Positions 10,442 to 20,183 of a stretch of 64,000 nucleotides of DNA are shown in pieces. The stretch comes from an uncultured virus (IMG/VR IMGVR_UViG_3300037601_000035). Its lineage: Duplodnaviria > Heunggongvirae > Uroviricota > Caudoviricetes. The DNA lies in the IMG/VR virus record IMGVR_UViG_3300037601_000035. One strand, given 5' to 3'. A program made the translations under genes and the position numbers. The first letter of the stretch is position 1; each line of letters begins with the position of its first letter. The notes beneath the pieces are model-generated. The model did no database searches and had not been told where the DNA came from. It was given only the letters and a program-made list of their open reading frames with translations.

Positions 10442-10963
10442 TTATTTATCTATTGCTTCAATATCAACATTTTCGAATTTCCATGTTTCAGTATTAACTC
10501 CAAATGCAATAAATCTTTCTAATCCTGGAAAAGCTTCTAAATAATTAGTTTCTATTCCTTCTCCTAAGTTATAATTTATTTTTGTTTCAAAAAATAAAAA
10601 TCCTGATTCTAATGCACTTAGATGACCAAATAGTACCATTTTTACATTATATCCTATAGTATCCATAGAAGTTAAAAGATTGTTAGAAGTAAGTAAAAAT
10701 TCAAATTTTTCTGGGTCGTATTCAACTATAAATCTAACATCTGCTTCCAATACTTTAGAAATTTGTGAATTTAGAAAACTTATATTTTTTTCCAATTTTT
10801 CTTTTATAGAATTAATATCATATTTACTAAATTCTTCTCTTTCTCGTTTTTTGTCTGCATTTGTATACATTTTTGTGCGGCGAAAAGGATCAAATGCTTC
10901 ATTAAATCCTTTAAAGGTTTCTACTATTCTTTGTTTTTGTTCTTTTTTCATTTCGTTTTTCAT
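10442..10963 (-). CDS. Probable internal head protein
   Basis: MKKEQKQRIVETFKGFNEA motif; start moved from 10993 to avoid overlap. Confidence 0.65.
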   Translation of the reverse strand: MKNEMKKEQKQRIVETFKGFNEAFDPFRRTKMYTNADKKREREEFSKYDINSIKEKLEKNISFLNSQISKVLEADVRFIVEYDPEKFEFLLTSNNLLTSMDTIGYNVKMVLFGHLSALESGFLFFETKINYNLGEGIETNYLEAFPGLERFIAFGVNTETWKFENVDIEAIDK

Positions 10964-10974
10964 ATTATATTTTT

Positions 10975-11271
10975 CTAATTGTTTTCCCAGCATTCATATT
11001 TAATAAAATTACCATCTACAAATACTTTATTTCCATAATAATCTACCGCAATAGTCCTTTCAGAATACCATTCTTCTTTAGGAAGTACTGTAAATTCTTC
11101 CCCATTATCGATAGTTACTTCATAATTTTGATCTGCTACATTATCTAAAGATACTGCGTAAACATAATCTGATGTAGTATATTTTTTTCCTGGGGTTATT
11201 TCATCGGTTCTATCTTCATTTATTTTAGAAAATTTTTCAAAATTTTCTACTATTCTATTTTCTTTTTTCAT
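10975..11271 (-). CDS. Probable internal head protein
   Basis: MKKENRIVENFEKFSKINED motif; alternative start 11301. Confidence 0.65.
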   Translation of the reverse strand: MKKENRIVENFEKFSKINEDRTDEITPGKKYTTSDYVYAVSLDNVADQNYEVTIDNGEEFTVLPKEEWYSERTIAVDYYGNKVFVDGNFIKYECWENN

Positions 11272-11290
11272 TATTTTTCTATTTATAATT

Positions 11291-11761
11291 TTATTCTTCA
11301 TCTAAAAACTTAGATAAATCAATATCATCTCCTGTAGATGGATCTTCTCCTTCTTCTGGTTCTTTAGAAGGTTCTTCTTCCATTTGAGATTCAATATCTT
11401 TAATCATTTCTTTAACTACTTTCTCCATATCTTTATCATCATCTAATTTTTGAGTAGATGAATAAGATTCTTCTTCTCCAGGTACAGTTAAAGTAATTTC
11501 TTTTGAAGTAAATGTTAAAGTAGCATCAGAAGAAAATTTCTTTTCTATGTCTTCCATTACATCTTCCATAACATCAGATGCTATTTCTCCATCAGATTTT
11601 TTATCTTCTTTCTTGTCTTTTTTCTTTTTGTCTTTCTTTTTATCTTCTTTAGACTCTTCTTCAGTTTCTTCTTCTACATTATTTATTTCTAATGTACCTT
11701 CTTCATTTTCGTTTAAATGATTTCTAAAGTTTTCGAAATTCATTAAATTTTTTCTTTCCAT
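11291..11761 (-). CDS. Highly charged probable head/scaffold-associated protein
   Basis: NLMNFENFRNHLNE motif; E/K/D-rich. Confidence 0.6.
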   Translation of the reverse strand: MERKNLMNFENFRNHLNENEEGTLEINNVEEETEEESKEDKKKDKKKKDKKEDKKSDGEIASDVMEDVMEDIEKKFSSDATLTFTSKEITLTVPGEEESYSSTQKLDDDKDMEKVVKEMIKDIESQMEEEPSKEPEEGEDPSTGDDIDLSKFLDEE

Positions 11762-11775
11762 AATTTTTCTCTTTT

Positions 11776-12216
11776 TTATTTTTTATTTTTATCTTGTTTT
11801 GTGTAAAATAATTCAATGTTGTCCAATTGAATTTCATCTATAGTTTCAGAATTTTTCTTTATCCAATCTTTAAATCTAAGATTGTTTTTATCTACTCTTC
11901 TTTCTATAATTTCATATTTTTCATCTACTTTATGTATAGTTTCTAAATATTTATGATCTATTTTTCTATCTAAAGTTTTAAATCTTTCATTCATTTCACG
12001 TTTTATTTGAGAAATTTCAGTCTTATTTGATTGAATACTCCCATCGTAAGAATTCCAAACACTTATAGTTATTCCTAATGATACTAAACCACCAATTAAT
12101 AATATTAGCATTTGATAAGATAGAAATATTCCGGTTCCTTCTATATCAATTGCTCTTGGACCTTTTTCGTTTTCTTCTGATCCTCTTTTTGTTTCATTCT
12201 TATTCATAATTTTCAT
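11776..12216 (-). CDS. Single-TM coiled-coil membrane protein (possibly lysis related)
   Basis: One hydrophobic helix followed by a coiled coil; in late block. Confidence 0.5.
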   Translation of the reverse strand: MKIMNKNETKRGSEENEKGPRAIDIEGTGIFLSYQMLILLIGGLVSLGITISVWNSYDGSIQSNKTEISQIKREMNERFKTLDRKIDHKYLETIHKVDEKYEIIERRVDKNNLRFKDWIKKNSETIDEIQLDNIELFYTKQDKNKK

Positions 12217-12228
12217 TAAATACTTTTC

Positions 12229-12456
12229 CTAATCGAAGCAATTTAATACTCTAGATTCTAAATCATCATGATCTTCATAATCTATATCAAGTTTATCTGC
12301 TATATTTATTAATCTATCTTTAGAAAAATCTTTTATAAATTCATATCGCTTTTCGCGAGTATTAAATTTCTTTAACTTTTCTATATCACTGTCGACATTT
12401 TCATTTATTTTATTAAATTCTATAAAACTTTCTATTATTCTTTTTTCTTTATGCAT
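12229..12456 (-). CDS. Probable internal head protein
   Basis: MHKEKRIIESFIEFNKINE motif. Confidence 0.65.
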   Translation of the reverse strand: MHKEKRIIESFIEFNKINENVDSDIEKLKKFNTREKRYEFIKDFSKDRLINIADKLDIDYEDHDDLESRVLNCFD

Positions 12457-12474
12457 ATATCTATTTATTTAATT

Positions 12475-15381
12475 TTAAGCTAAATATGAAGGACTTATAA
12501 CTGTAACATCGTCATAATGTTGATCTCCATTTATTTTTAGCCTTACTTGTAATTGTCCTGTTCTTGTAGTTGGACCAAATGTTATTTTTCTAATATCTGG
12601 ATTAGTTTCTCCGTCATCATAATAAGTTAAATCTAATGCAGGATCTTGGTATTCTTCTGGAATAAATGCATTTGCAGGATATGCTTCATTTGCATCTATC
12701 CAATCAGTTCCTAAACTTGCATTATCAGTATTTAATACTCTTACTTGCATATCAAAATTAGAAGTCATTGTTGTTCCATTTAAAAAGTCATCCAATAAAG
12801 AATTATCTGTTCCGTTAATAGACAAAATTACATAAGATTCTCCAACAATTTCTCCTAAGTTATATTCGTCCCAACCTGCATCATTTAATTCAGGAGTAGC
12901 ATCAGTTTCTACTACATCTTTAAATGAAATGCTTTTAGAAGAAGTTCCTATTCTTACATAAATTATACCTGTTCTTTCTATTGTTCCAAAACTAGCTCTT
13001 CTATAATTAGCATTTCCTTCCATCCACCCTAAATCTAGTGCAGGATCCCCGTCTCCTGTAGGATTTTCTATTAAAGTAGAATTATAAGCTTTATTTAAAT
13101 CTAACCAACCTGTTCCATAAGCAGGATTTAATGGGTTATAAATCATAATATACATTTTAAAATCAGGAGTAACAGTTACACCATCAGTTAAATCATATAA
13201 AATTCCCGTAGTGTCTCTTATTTCTAAGTTAAAATGTTTCTTAGCCTCAAGAGTTCCTAAATTAAAGGTTGTCCATCTATAATCCGTATCACTATTAGAA
13301 TAATCTGGATATGCTACCGGAGATCCATCATGAGTAACTCCCGTAAATGCCGTATAATCTACTTGTGGATAAAAATATTTTCCTCCAAATAATTGAAGTT
13401 CTTTATTTCCTAATATATTTACTTGTGTTTGTGCTTCATCATACAATACTCCCCAATCTACTCCAGGAGAACCTGCTGGAAAATCACCTACACCAGAAGT
13501 TAATCTAACACCTTCCTCTACTGTAACATCATCAACTAAGAATCCTGTTCCGCCAGTATTATGAGTTACAGAATCTGCTAAAGCATTATAAGCTTTAATC
13601 ACAAAACTAGGAGAAGAAGATATTGCATCTTCAGCAATTAAACAAGCAACGTTTGCAGTTTCGATTACCGGACCGTCTTCTGTAGGGCCTGCTGGTAAAG
13701 TTAAAGGAGGTAAAGATCCAGGATCAAAATACCCAGTATCTCCAAAATCTATAACTAATGCTTCTTCCATTATATCAGAAGAAACCTCTGTAATTTTTTC
13801 GTGATTATAAAAATATCTAACAGCATCATGAATTTCATAATCAAATTCAATATGGTCTCCTTCTTTTAATACAGGGACACCGCTTAAATATTTTAAATCT
13901 GTATCATTTGAAACTGCTATAAAGTTTTCTACGTTTGCAATACTTGGAGTTCTTACAGATTCTACATAAAATTCTACTTCTGTTGCATCAGCAGAACTTA
14001 AGTGAGTAATATTTAATTTATAAGAATCTTCACTAGGAGTTAAAGTTTCAACTGTTACTAAATTAGCATCTATTGAATTATAAAAACCTTTATATCCTTG
14101 TTGTGTTCCATAATGATCGTCTCTAACTACAGTAAAATCTAATTTTGTTTCTGCATCTGTTATAATAACAGTATTAGGTAAAGTAGATGGAGGTGGATCT
14201 AAGTTTAAATTATCGGTTGAATAAGAAGTTAAAGGTGTAAATAAATACGATTTCAAGGCTCCTGAATCATAAGGAGTAAACTTTTCTTCTACTTCAGCTT
14301 CTACTGTTGTATTATCTCTAACTATATTATTACTATAATTATCATCTACTGCATAAGCCGCTTCTGTAAATCCTGCCTTATTATGTTCAGTAACTAATTG
14401 CAAATTAGCATTATCTATATTTACAGGTTTAGTAGGGGCAAATGAATTTATGAAAGCCGATATATCTTGAAATGCATCTAATATTCTAGTATCAGTATTC
14501 CAATGATCAAAGAAATGATCTACAAAGTTTCCCGAAGTAGGAGTACTTCCTATGTGAGAAAATCTACTTATATTAGAAGCAGTTACTGCTCCCATAGATA
14601 CTAATTTATCTGCAGCAAAATCTGTAGATAAAGAAGTTCCATCAGATACATGAGTATAAGCTGCTTGATATAAATTATTATCGTGTTCAACTACTTGATT
14701 TTCTAAATACAAAGTATCAGTTTCCCATTGTAATATTCTAGTAGTTAAATCTTTTTCAAATTTTAAAGGATTAATATTTAAAGGAATATTATATCCATAA
14801 AGTGTTGTTACTGGTAAAGGTCTAAGAACATCACTTACCGTTTGATTAGGCATTACTAATACAAAACCTAAAAATAAATATCCATCATCTACAGAAGGAA
14901 CAGGAATATCAGAAGCAATGTTTCCTTTAAACACTTTAAATTCTGCTCCATAAAATCCTCCTGATTCAAATGTCATATCTCCTTTTACAGCAACTGCATC
15001 TAATCTTGGATAAATCTCTATATTTTCTGGAACTGTTATAGTTGCATCATCAACATCTAAAGTACCATCATGTTTATAAACTCTTCCATTTATTCTAAAA
15101 GTACCTGCTGAAATGTTTATCTCTCTTAAAGATGCTCCAGAAGTTGAAATTTCTAAACCTTCTAAAATTCCATCTATTGTAGAAAGATTAATAGGCTGAA
15201 TTCCGTCAGAAGTAAATAGTTCCCCAGTATCTGCATTAATAGCAAGTTCGCCTTTATAAATACTATCAACTGTCCAATCTCCTGGATCGTCAATATGATT
15301 TGTTCCGGCATCTGGAATGTTAGGTCTAATTCCTGTTAAAAGTAATTCAATTCTTTTCTTTATATCTACTAATAAGCTCAT
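12475..15381 (-). CDS. Virion structural/fibre-like protein
   Basis: GELAINADTGELF fibre-type N-terminus; CBM5/12-like WETDTLYLENQVVEHDNNLYQA; duplicated C-terminal domain. Confidence 0.65.
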   Translation of the reverse strand: MSLLVDIKKRIELLLTGIRPNIPDAGTNHIDDPGDWTVDSIYKGELAINADTGELFTSDGIQPINLSTIDGILEGLEISTSGASLREINISAGTFRINGRVYKHDGTLDVDDATITVPENIEIYPRLDAVAVKGDMTFESGGFYGAEFKVFKGNIASDIPVPSVDDGYLFLGFVLVMPNQTVSDVLRPLPVTTLYGYNIPLNINPLKFEKDLTTRILQWETDTLYLENQVVEHDNNLYQAAYTHVSDGTSLSTDFAADKLVSMGAVTASNISRFSHIGSTPTSGNFVDHFFDHWNTDTRILDAFQDISAFINSFAPTKPVNIDNANLQLVTEHNKAGFTEAAYAVDDNYSNNIVRDNTTVEAEVEEKFTPYDSGALKSYLFTPLTSYSTDNLNLDPPPSTLPNTVIITDAETKLDFTVVRDDHYGTQQGYKGFYNSIDANLVTVETLTPSEDSYKLNITHLSSADATEVEFYVESVRTPSIANVENFIAVSNDTDLKYLSGVPVLKEGDHIEFDYEIHDAVRYFYNHEKITEVSSDIMEEALVIDFGDTGYFDPGSLPPLTLPAGPTEDGPVIETANVACLIAEDAISSSPSFVIKAYNALADSVTHNTGGTGFLVDDVTVEEGVRLTSGVGDFPAGSPGVDWGVLYDEAQTQVNILGNKELQLFGGKYFYPQVDYTAFTGVTHDGSPVAYPDYSNSDTDYRWTTFNLGTLEAKKHFNLEIRDTTGILYDLTDGVTVTPDFKMYIMIYNPLNPAYGTGWLDLNKAYNSTLIENPTGDGDPALDLGWMEGNANYRRASFGTIERTGIIYVRIGTSSKSISFKDVVETDATPELNDAGWDEYNLGEIVGESYVILSINGTDNSLLDDFLNGTTMTSNFDMQVRVLNTDNASLGTDWIDANEAYPANAFIPEEYQDPALDLTYYDDGETNPDIRKITFGPTTRTGQLQVRLKINGDQHYDDVTVISPSYLA

Positions 15382-15403
15382 TTATATTTTTATTTTTCTA
15401 TTT

Positions 15404-15880
15404 TTAAAGTGCTATTAAAATATCTAGAGTAGCATCATATTGACCATCATTTATATCATCAATAACAGCATTAGGAGTTCCGTTAAAAAATTTAAAAACT
15501 CCCGTAATTCTATTTACAGTACTTCCAGAAATTACATTTAACTGTCCTAACGGAGTTGGATCATCACTATCTCTTGTATAAAATAATTTATCATTTTCAT
15601 AATCCTTTTCGGCAAAGACTGAATTTTTAGCCATTACAGCAAACATAATCATTCCTTCATCTGTTTCAGAAGAAATAGTAGAAGAATCTAAAGTAACTGC
15701 TGAATTTTTAGGAAGATCAATTGTATAACTTACAACATTGTCTGCAACCCATACACAATCTTTTAAAGAAACAGTAGTAACTGTTTTACCATTTTTAATT
15801 ACAGTAAAATGATCGTCTCTTATAATTATCTTATTTCCATCTGTAGTTCCCGTAGGAGCACAATTTAAATTTAATGTCAT
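15404..15880 (-). CDS. Probable virion protein
   Basis: Beta-rich ORF within late operon. Confidence 0.55.
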   Translation of the reverse strand: MTLNLNCAPTGTTDGNKIIIRDDHFTVIKNGKTVTTVSLKDCVWVADNVVSYTIDLPKNSAVTLDSSTISSETDEGMIMFAVMAKNSVFAEKDYENDKLFYTRDSDDPTPLGQLNVISGSTVNRITGVFKFFNGTPNAVIDDINDGQYDATLDILIAL

Positions 15881-15889
15881 TTGTTATTC

Positions 15890-16249
15890 TTAAGCTTTTT
15901 CTATTTCTGAAGTTTCTAATTTAATTATCTTACCATCTACATTTAAAGTAACCGTTTTATAATTTCCTTCAGGATCTTTTATTCCTGTTATAAACTTACC
16001 ATGAATGTTTTTCTTTTTGTTCATATCAAAAACTTCAACTTCATCTCCTTTTTTAATTATAGTAGGACTTGGTTTTAAATTTGATTTAGGCTCATAGATT
16101 TGTGCTGCTCTTTCTCTACTTAAAATCGCAACTTGAAAGGAAGGGGTGTGCCAACTTTGATACACAATAGAACCGTCTGTTTCCGGTCCCATAAAAGCAA
16201 CAGCTGAACTATCTTCTTGTAAACAAAACTTTTTGAAATCTAAATACAT
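15890..16249 (-). CDS. Probable internal head protein
   Basis: MYLDFKKFCLQED motif; first gene after a late motif. Confidence 0.6.
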   Translation of the reverse strand: MYLDFKKFCLQEDSSAVAFMGPETDGSIVYQSWHTPSFQVAILSRERAAQIYEPKSNLKPSPTIIKKGDEVEVFDMNKKKNIHGKFITGIKDPEGNYKTVTLNVDGKIIKLETSEIEKA

Positions 16250-16253
16250 ACAA

Positions 16254-16299
16254 AAATCCTAATCATTGATATAAACTATATATTTAATGATTAGGATTT
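16254..16299 (-). promoter_or_regulatory. 14-bp hairpin covering the RBS, with late promoter motif in its loop
   Basis: Arms 16254-16267 and 16286-16299 perfectly complementary; AATATATA at 16277-16284; AGGA 7 nt before ATG. Confidence 0.65.
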
Positions 16300-16318
16300 A
16301 AATTTAAGAAAATTTTAT

Positions 16319-16618
16319 TTATTTTTCTTGATTTGCTTTTCTTTTTTCGTATGCCTCGTTCATTTTTTCTAAGACATCGTCATCTATATAAATATTATTG
16401 TTAATATTTTTTAAACTATCATCAAAAATAATTTTTGATAAAAATACTGCGAAAAAAGTTAATATACCTACTATTACTGCTTGTTGATCTTCTGTAAACA
16501 TTAAATCAAAATATGACAGGCAATATTTAAAAATTAGAACATAAATGAATATTAATACAGCATCTATGCCAAAGTCTGTTAAAAATTCTACTATTTTATT
16601 TTTCGTTTCTTTTTTCAT
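16319..16618 (-). CDS. Two-TM membrane protein
   Basis: Two hydrophobic segments. Confidence 0.6.
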   Translation of the reverse strand: MKKETKNKIVEFLTDFGIDAVLIFIYVLIFKYCLSYFDLMFTEDQQAVIVGILTFFAVFLSKIIFDDSLKNINNNIYIDDDVLEKMNEAYEKRKANQEK

Positions 16619-16992
16619 TCTATTTCCTTTATTATAAAATTATGTTGTTTTAAAAATTTTTCTATTGCCGGTAAACATTTATAGTCATCATGAAAAACAT
16701 CACAAAAAGAAAAATTTCCTTTTTTATAAATGTCTAAATAATCAGAAGTTTTCTTTTTACTTATAGTTCCAACTAAACATCCTGACATATACAAAATTCC
16801 TAACATCTTTCCGTTTTCTAATTCTGCTATCCATTCTATTGGAGAATGATCTTTGTTTCTTTCTAATGAAATTATTTCAATTTTTTTCTTTCTAGTAAAA
16901 AATGAAGTAATATATTCTAATAAAGAATTTAAAAAAATTCCAACTATTACTCCACCTACTAAATAAAAAGCATCTCTAATTGTTATTTCCAT
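16615..16992 (-). CDS. Hypothetical membrane-anchored protein
   Basis: N-terminal TM; coupled ORF. Confidence 0.6.
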   Translation of the reverse strand: MEITIRDAFYLVGGVIVGIFLNSLLEYITSFFTRKKKIEIISLERNKDHSPIEWIAELENGKMLGILYMSGCLVGTISKKKTSDYLDIYKKGNFSFCDVFHDDYKCLPAIEKFLKQHNFIIKEIE

Positions 16993-16993
16993 T

Positions 16994-17161
16994 TTAACCT
17001 ATCCCAAGTGGATCAAGTCCTGTTGCAAAAATTCCTAATATTAATGCCATTGAAATATGTTTCCATAGCACGCTTGTAATTTCAGGAAAAGGAAGTAATA
17101 ATAATATAAATATTCCACTGTATATTAATATTTTTCCTAATTGTGTTAAAAAGTTGTTCAT
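16994..17161 (-). CDS. Small membrane protein
   Basis: Two hydrophobic segments; ATGA overlap. Confidence 0.55.
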   Translation of the reverse strand: MNNFLTQLGKILIYSGIFILLLLPFPEITSVLWKHISMALILGIFATGLDPLGIG

Positions 17162-17391
17162 TTTATTTCCTTTAATTTTTTCCATTCTTCAAATTCTTCT
17201 ATAGATTCAAATTCTATTTCTACATAAGAATCAAAGTCAATTTTAAATAATTCTGTTAAATTGTTAATTTCGCAGTCCCAATTTCCTAAATCTTCTCCGT
17301 CTAGGTTACATACTTCTTTATAGTCTACATAAACTATGATTTGGACTATATTTCCTTCTTCTTTAATAGTTGTTTTTAAAATACTATTCAT
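17158..17391 (-). CDS. Hypothetical protein
   Basis: Coupled ORF; start reassigned to MNSILK. Confidence 0.55.
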   Translation of the reverse strand: MNSILKTTIKEEGNIVQIIVYVDYKEVCNLDGEDLGNWDCEINNLTELFKIDFDSYVEIEFESIEEFEEWKKLKEIK

Positions 17392-17555
17392 TTTTTCCTT
17401 TCTTCTAAATATACAATAATAGATGTTACTATAAATGATGTTATCCACATTTCAGTGACACTGAAATATTTTACTAAAAAAGCATAAGTTAAAACAAAAA
17501 TTAATAATGTTCCTAAAATAAGCTTTACGGTAATTCTTTCAAAATTATTTTCCAT
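17388..17555 (-). CDS. Small membrane protein
   Basis: Two hydrophobic segments. Confidence 0.5.
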   Translation of the reverse strand: MENNFERITVKLILGTLLIFVLTYAFLVKYFSVTEMWITSFIVTSIIVYLEERKK

Positions 17556-17814
17556 TTCCTTTCCAGTTCTCATATTGTTCCCAATCATCAAACGATAGAT
17601 TTTCAACGTTCAAAGGTTCTTTTCTTACTCCTGCTTCGTATGAAGATTTCATAAATTCTGAAATTTTATAAACAAAAGATAAATCTCTTCCTAAACTATT
17701 ATCTTCAGGTTCTCCGCTTCCTGCTGATAAAACTTCTTCCCCGTCAATTAATAATAGAAATCTTTCTCCTTCTCCCCATTCATTAGGTTCTATGGTTACA
17801 TTTTGTATTTTCAT
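17545..17814 (-). CDS. Hypothetical protein, paralog of 18142-18369
   Basis: LLIDGEE..YEAGVRKEPL vs LVVDGEP..YQTGRKNQPL. Confidence 0.6.
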   Translation of the reverse strand: MKIQNVTIEPNEWGEGERFLLLIDGEEVLSAGSGEPEDNSLGRDLSFVYKISEFMKSSYEAGVRKEPLNVENLSFDDWEQYENWKGNGK

Positions 17815-18140
17815 TTGTGTACCTCCAATACATTTCTGTACATTGATAAAAACGGAATTCTCCATCCAACCACTTTTACAACATACTTTTTATTTGGTTT
17901 CAATTTATTTTGAATATCAGAACTATTGAATTTTAAAAACAACCAACTATCGGTATTTTCAAAAACTTCATCATCTGTGAATATTAAATATTTACTTGAA
18001 GTATTTTCATGATTTCCAGATACTGTTATTTCTTTATCATTTACTTTTAATTCAACAAATTCAACCGTTGAATAATAATACGCTCCAAGTAGAACTACTG
18101 CTATAATCCCAATTACTGATATTGATAAAAATCCTTTCAT
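17811..18140 (-). CDS. Conserved phage membrane-anchored protein
   Basis: KYLIFTDDEVFENTDSWLFLKFNSSD...VVGWRIPFLSMYRN, a motif I recognise from other phages. Confidence 0.65.
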   Translation of the reverse strand: MKGFLSISVIGIIAVVLLGAYYYSTVEFVELKVNDKEITVSGNHENTSSKYLIFTDDEVFENTDSWLFLKFNSSDIQNKLKPNKKYVVKVVGWRIPFLSMYRNVLEVHK

Positions 18141-18141
18141 T

Positions 18142-18369
18142 TTAAACTCTCCCTTTTGTTTTTTCTAACCATTTTTTAAAATCTTCATGGCCCCCAAATT
18201 CCAATTCTTTATATCTTAAAGGTTGATTTTTTCTACCTGTTTGATAACCTAAAATTATTAAACCTAAAAAATCAGTAGGAAATCCGTCAAGTAGGTTCGC
18301 TCCAAATCTAGGTTCACCATCAACAACAAGAATTTCTTCTGTTCCTATATCTACTTTAACAATATCCAT
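18142..18369 (-). CDS. Hypothetical protein
   Basis: Paralog of 17545-17814. Confidence 0.6.
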   Translation of the reverse strand: MDIVKVDIGTEEILVVDGEPRFGANLLDGFPTDFLGLIILGYQTGRKNQPLRYKELEFGGHEDFKKWLEKTKGRV

Positions 18370-18385
18370 ACTTATCTTCTTCCTT

Positions 18386-20095
18386 TTAAATTATTTGAAT
18401 TCTGTTTTCTATATACTCAGGTATCATTTTTGCTTGTCTTAGTCTTTCAAAACTCGAATCTAAAATATAAGTATCACAATAATCTTCTACAAATCTATTT
18501 GATCTTCCTATACCTTGAACAAAATTTAATGAAGTTTCCCAGGCATACCATAATTTATTTTTGTCAAATCGTACCTTTGTAAATCTATCTCCTAAATTTA
18601 AAAAAGGAATTTTCATAAATATTTGACATCTTGAAATTTCTCCTGCTAAATCTAATCCTTCTAATAAACTTGGACCGGCAATAAAGAAATTCTTATCCTC
18701 ACTCAATTTTTCTATAAGTTCTTTTTTCTCTGTCGTATTTTTATAATACTTAATCTTTTTATTTTTAATAGTATCTTTTAAATAATTTGCATTTTCATAA
18801 GATCCTGTATGAATAATTCCCGACTCATATTTATTTACTATTTCATTTATTTTCTCTGCTTGTCCAGGTCTAGATTCTTTTTTCTTATAGAAACTCATAT
18901 TAAATTTCTTACTATAATAAATAGGAGATTTAGAAAAATCAAATGTAGTTGGTATTTTGATTACTTGTACATTTTTCATATTACTATATTTTACAAAGAA
19001 ATCATGATTTAAAAAAGTAGCACTCATAAATACTCCAAAATTGTAATATTTATGAAATTGTTTTTCCATCATATAACTTTCATCTGAACAAAAATAAGCA
19101 ACTTCATTTTCTTTTTCAGTTCTAACTAAAAGTTCTTTTACGTTTTTTGCAATAATATCAATATAATCTTCTACTTTACAATGAACATCCTTTATAAAAT
19201 CTACTGCTGATAAACACTTTCTTTGTTCTGTATTTAATTGAGTATCGGTTCCAAATAAAGTAGCTCCTCTAACTTGATCAGAAGGAATTAAAATATCTTT
19301 CAAAGTATGTTTTAATTCTACCAAATTTCCAAAATCATTATTATCTATTCCTGCTAAAATAGAAGTAACTAATCTAGATACATGATTTAAAAGCTCAGAT
19401 TTTCTTTTAGAAGAAATTAAATTTTTAGAAGAATAGTATTCTAATATCGTTTTTGCTCTTTTTGGAATAGATTCAGTTATCCTAGGAGAAAAGTGATTAT
19501 TTACTATTTGAACTATGTTGTGAGCTTCATCAAAAAATGTTGCATCTCTCTTAGTAAATAATGGATGATCGGTTGTAGCATTTACAAAAGTTTGTTGAAT
19601 TATCCAGTAATTATAATTCAATACTGCTATTTTTGATCTTGAAGCAGCATCTCTTCTGGAATAATAAGGACATGTAGAATAGCAATCCAATTTTCTTAAA
19701 GCTTGCCCTGTAATTCCTTTTATTTTACAGTCTCCTAAAGAAATTTTATCTAAATTAATAGTACAATTGTATCTATCAATTCCTTTTATAGAAGGAGCTT
19801 TAAAATCAAATTGTGCAACAGATTTTTCGTACTGATCCTGTAAATAAGTTTCAGAAGTTAAAATATAACATTCCTTCTTAAAGTATTGACTAGATAAAAC
19901 TTTAGAAGAAACTAAAGCTATTATAGATTTTCCAGTTCCTGTAGGGGCATCTAAAATAACATTTGATTTTGGGTCATTTTGATATGCTTGCAAAATCATT
20001 ACTATTGCTTCTTTTTGATATTTCCTAAATTCTAAATTTGGAAATAATTCATCAATTATTTGATGTAATCTTTCTTGTGAATATTTAATTTTCAT
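18386..20095 (-). CDS. DinG/Rad3-like SF2 helicase
   Basis: FRKYQ Q-motif, APTGTGKS, Cys cluster, DEAH, MSATF, EGLDL, QGIGRSNR. Confidence 0.9.
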   Translation of the reverse strand: MKIKYSQERLHQIIDELFPNLEFRKYQKEAIVMILQAYQNDPKSNVILDAPTGTGKSIIALVSSKVLSSQYFKKECYILTSETYLQDQYEKSVAQFDFKAPSIKGIDRYNCTINLDKISLGDCKIKGITGQALRKLDCYSTCPYYSRRDAASRSKIAVLNYNYWIIQQTFVNATTDHPLFTKRDATFFDEAHNIVQIVNNHFSPRITESIPKRAKTILEYYSSKNLISSKRKSELLNHVSRLVTSILAGIDNNDFGNLVELKHTLKDILIPSDQVRGATLFGTDTQLNTEQRKCLSAVDFIKDVHCKVEDYIDIIAKNVKELLVRTEKENEVAYFCSDESYMMEKQFHKYYNFGVFMSATFLNHDFFVKYSNMKNVQVIKIPTTFDFSKSPIYYSKKFNMSFYKKKESRPGQAEKINEIVNKYESGIIHTGSYENANYLKDTIKNKKIKYYKNTTEKKELIEKLSEDKNFFIAGPSLLEGLDLAGEISRCQIFMKIPFLNLGDRFTKVRFDKNKLWYAWETSLNFVQGIGRSNRFVEDYCDTYILDSSFERLRQAKMIPEYIENRIQII

Positions 20096-20100
20096 GTTTA

Positions 20101-20128
20101 ATAATACTTTTAAAAATGTAAAAAGTTT
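20101..20128 (-). promoter_or_regulatory. Putative middle promoter AAACTTTT-N14-TATTAT
   Basis: Same spacing as copies at 25912, 26803 and 40428. Confidence 0.55.
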
Positions 20129-20183
20129 TTATATGAAGAAAAATTTTATTAAGTTAAAATAATTAAAACAGCAGGAATATAAA

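Noticed and set aside
11590..11680. KKDKKKKDKKEDKK repeat-like DNA
   Set aside because: Low-complexity charged linker inside a CDS, not an independent repeat element
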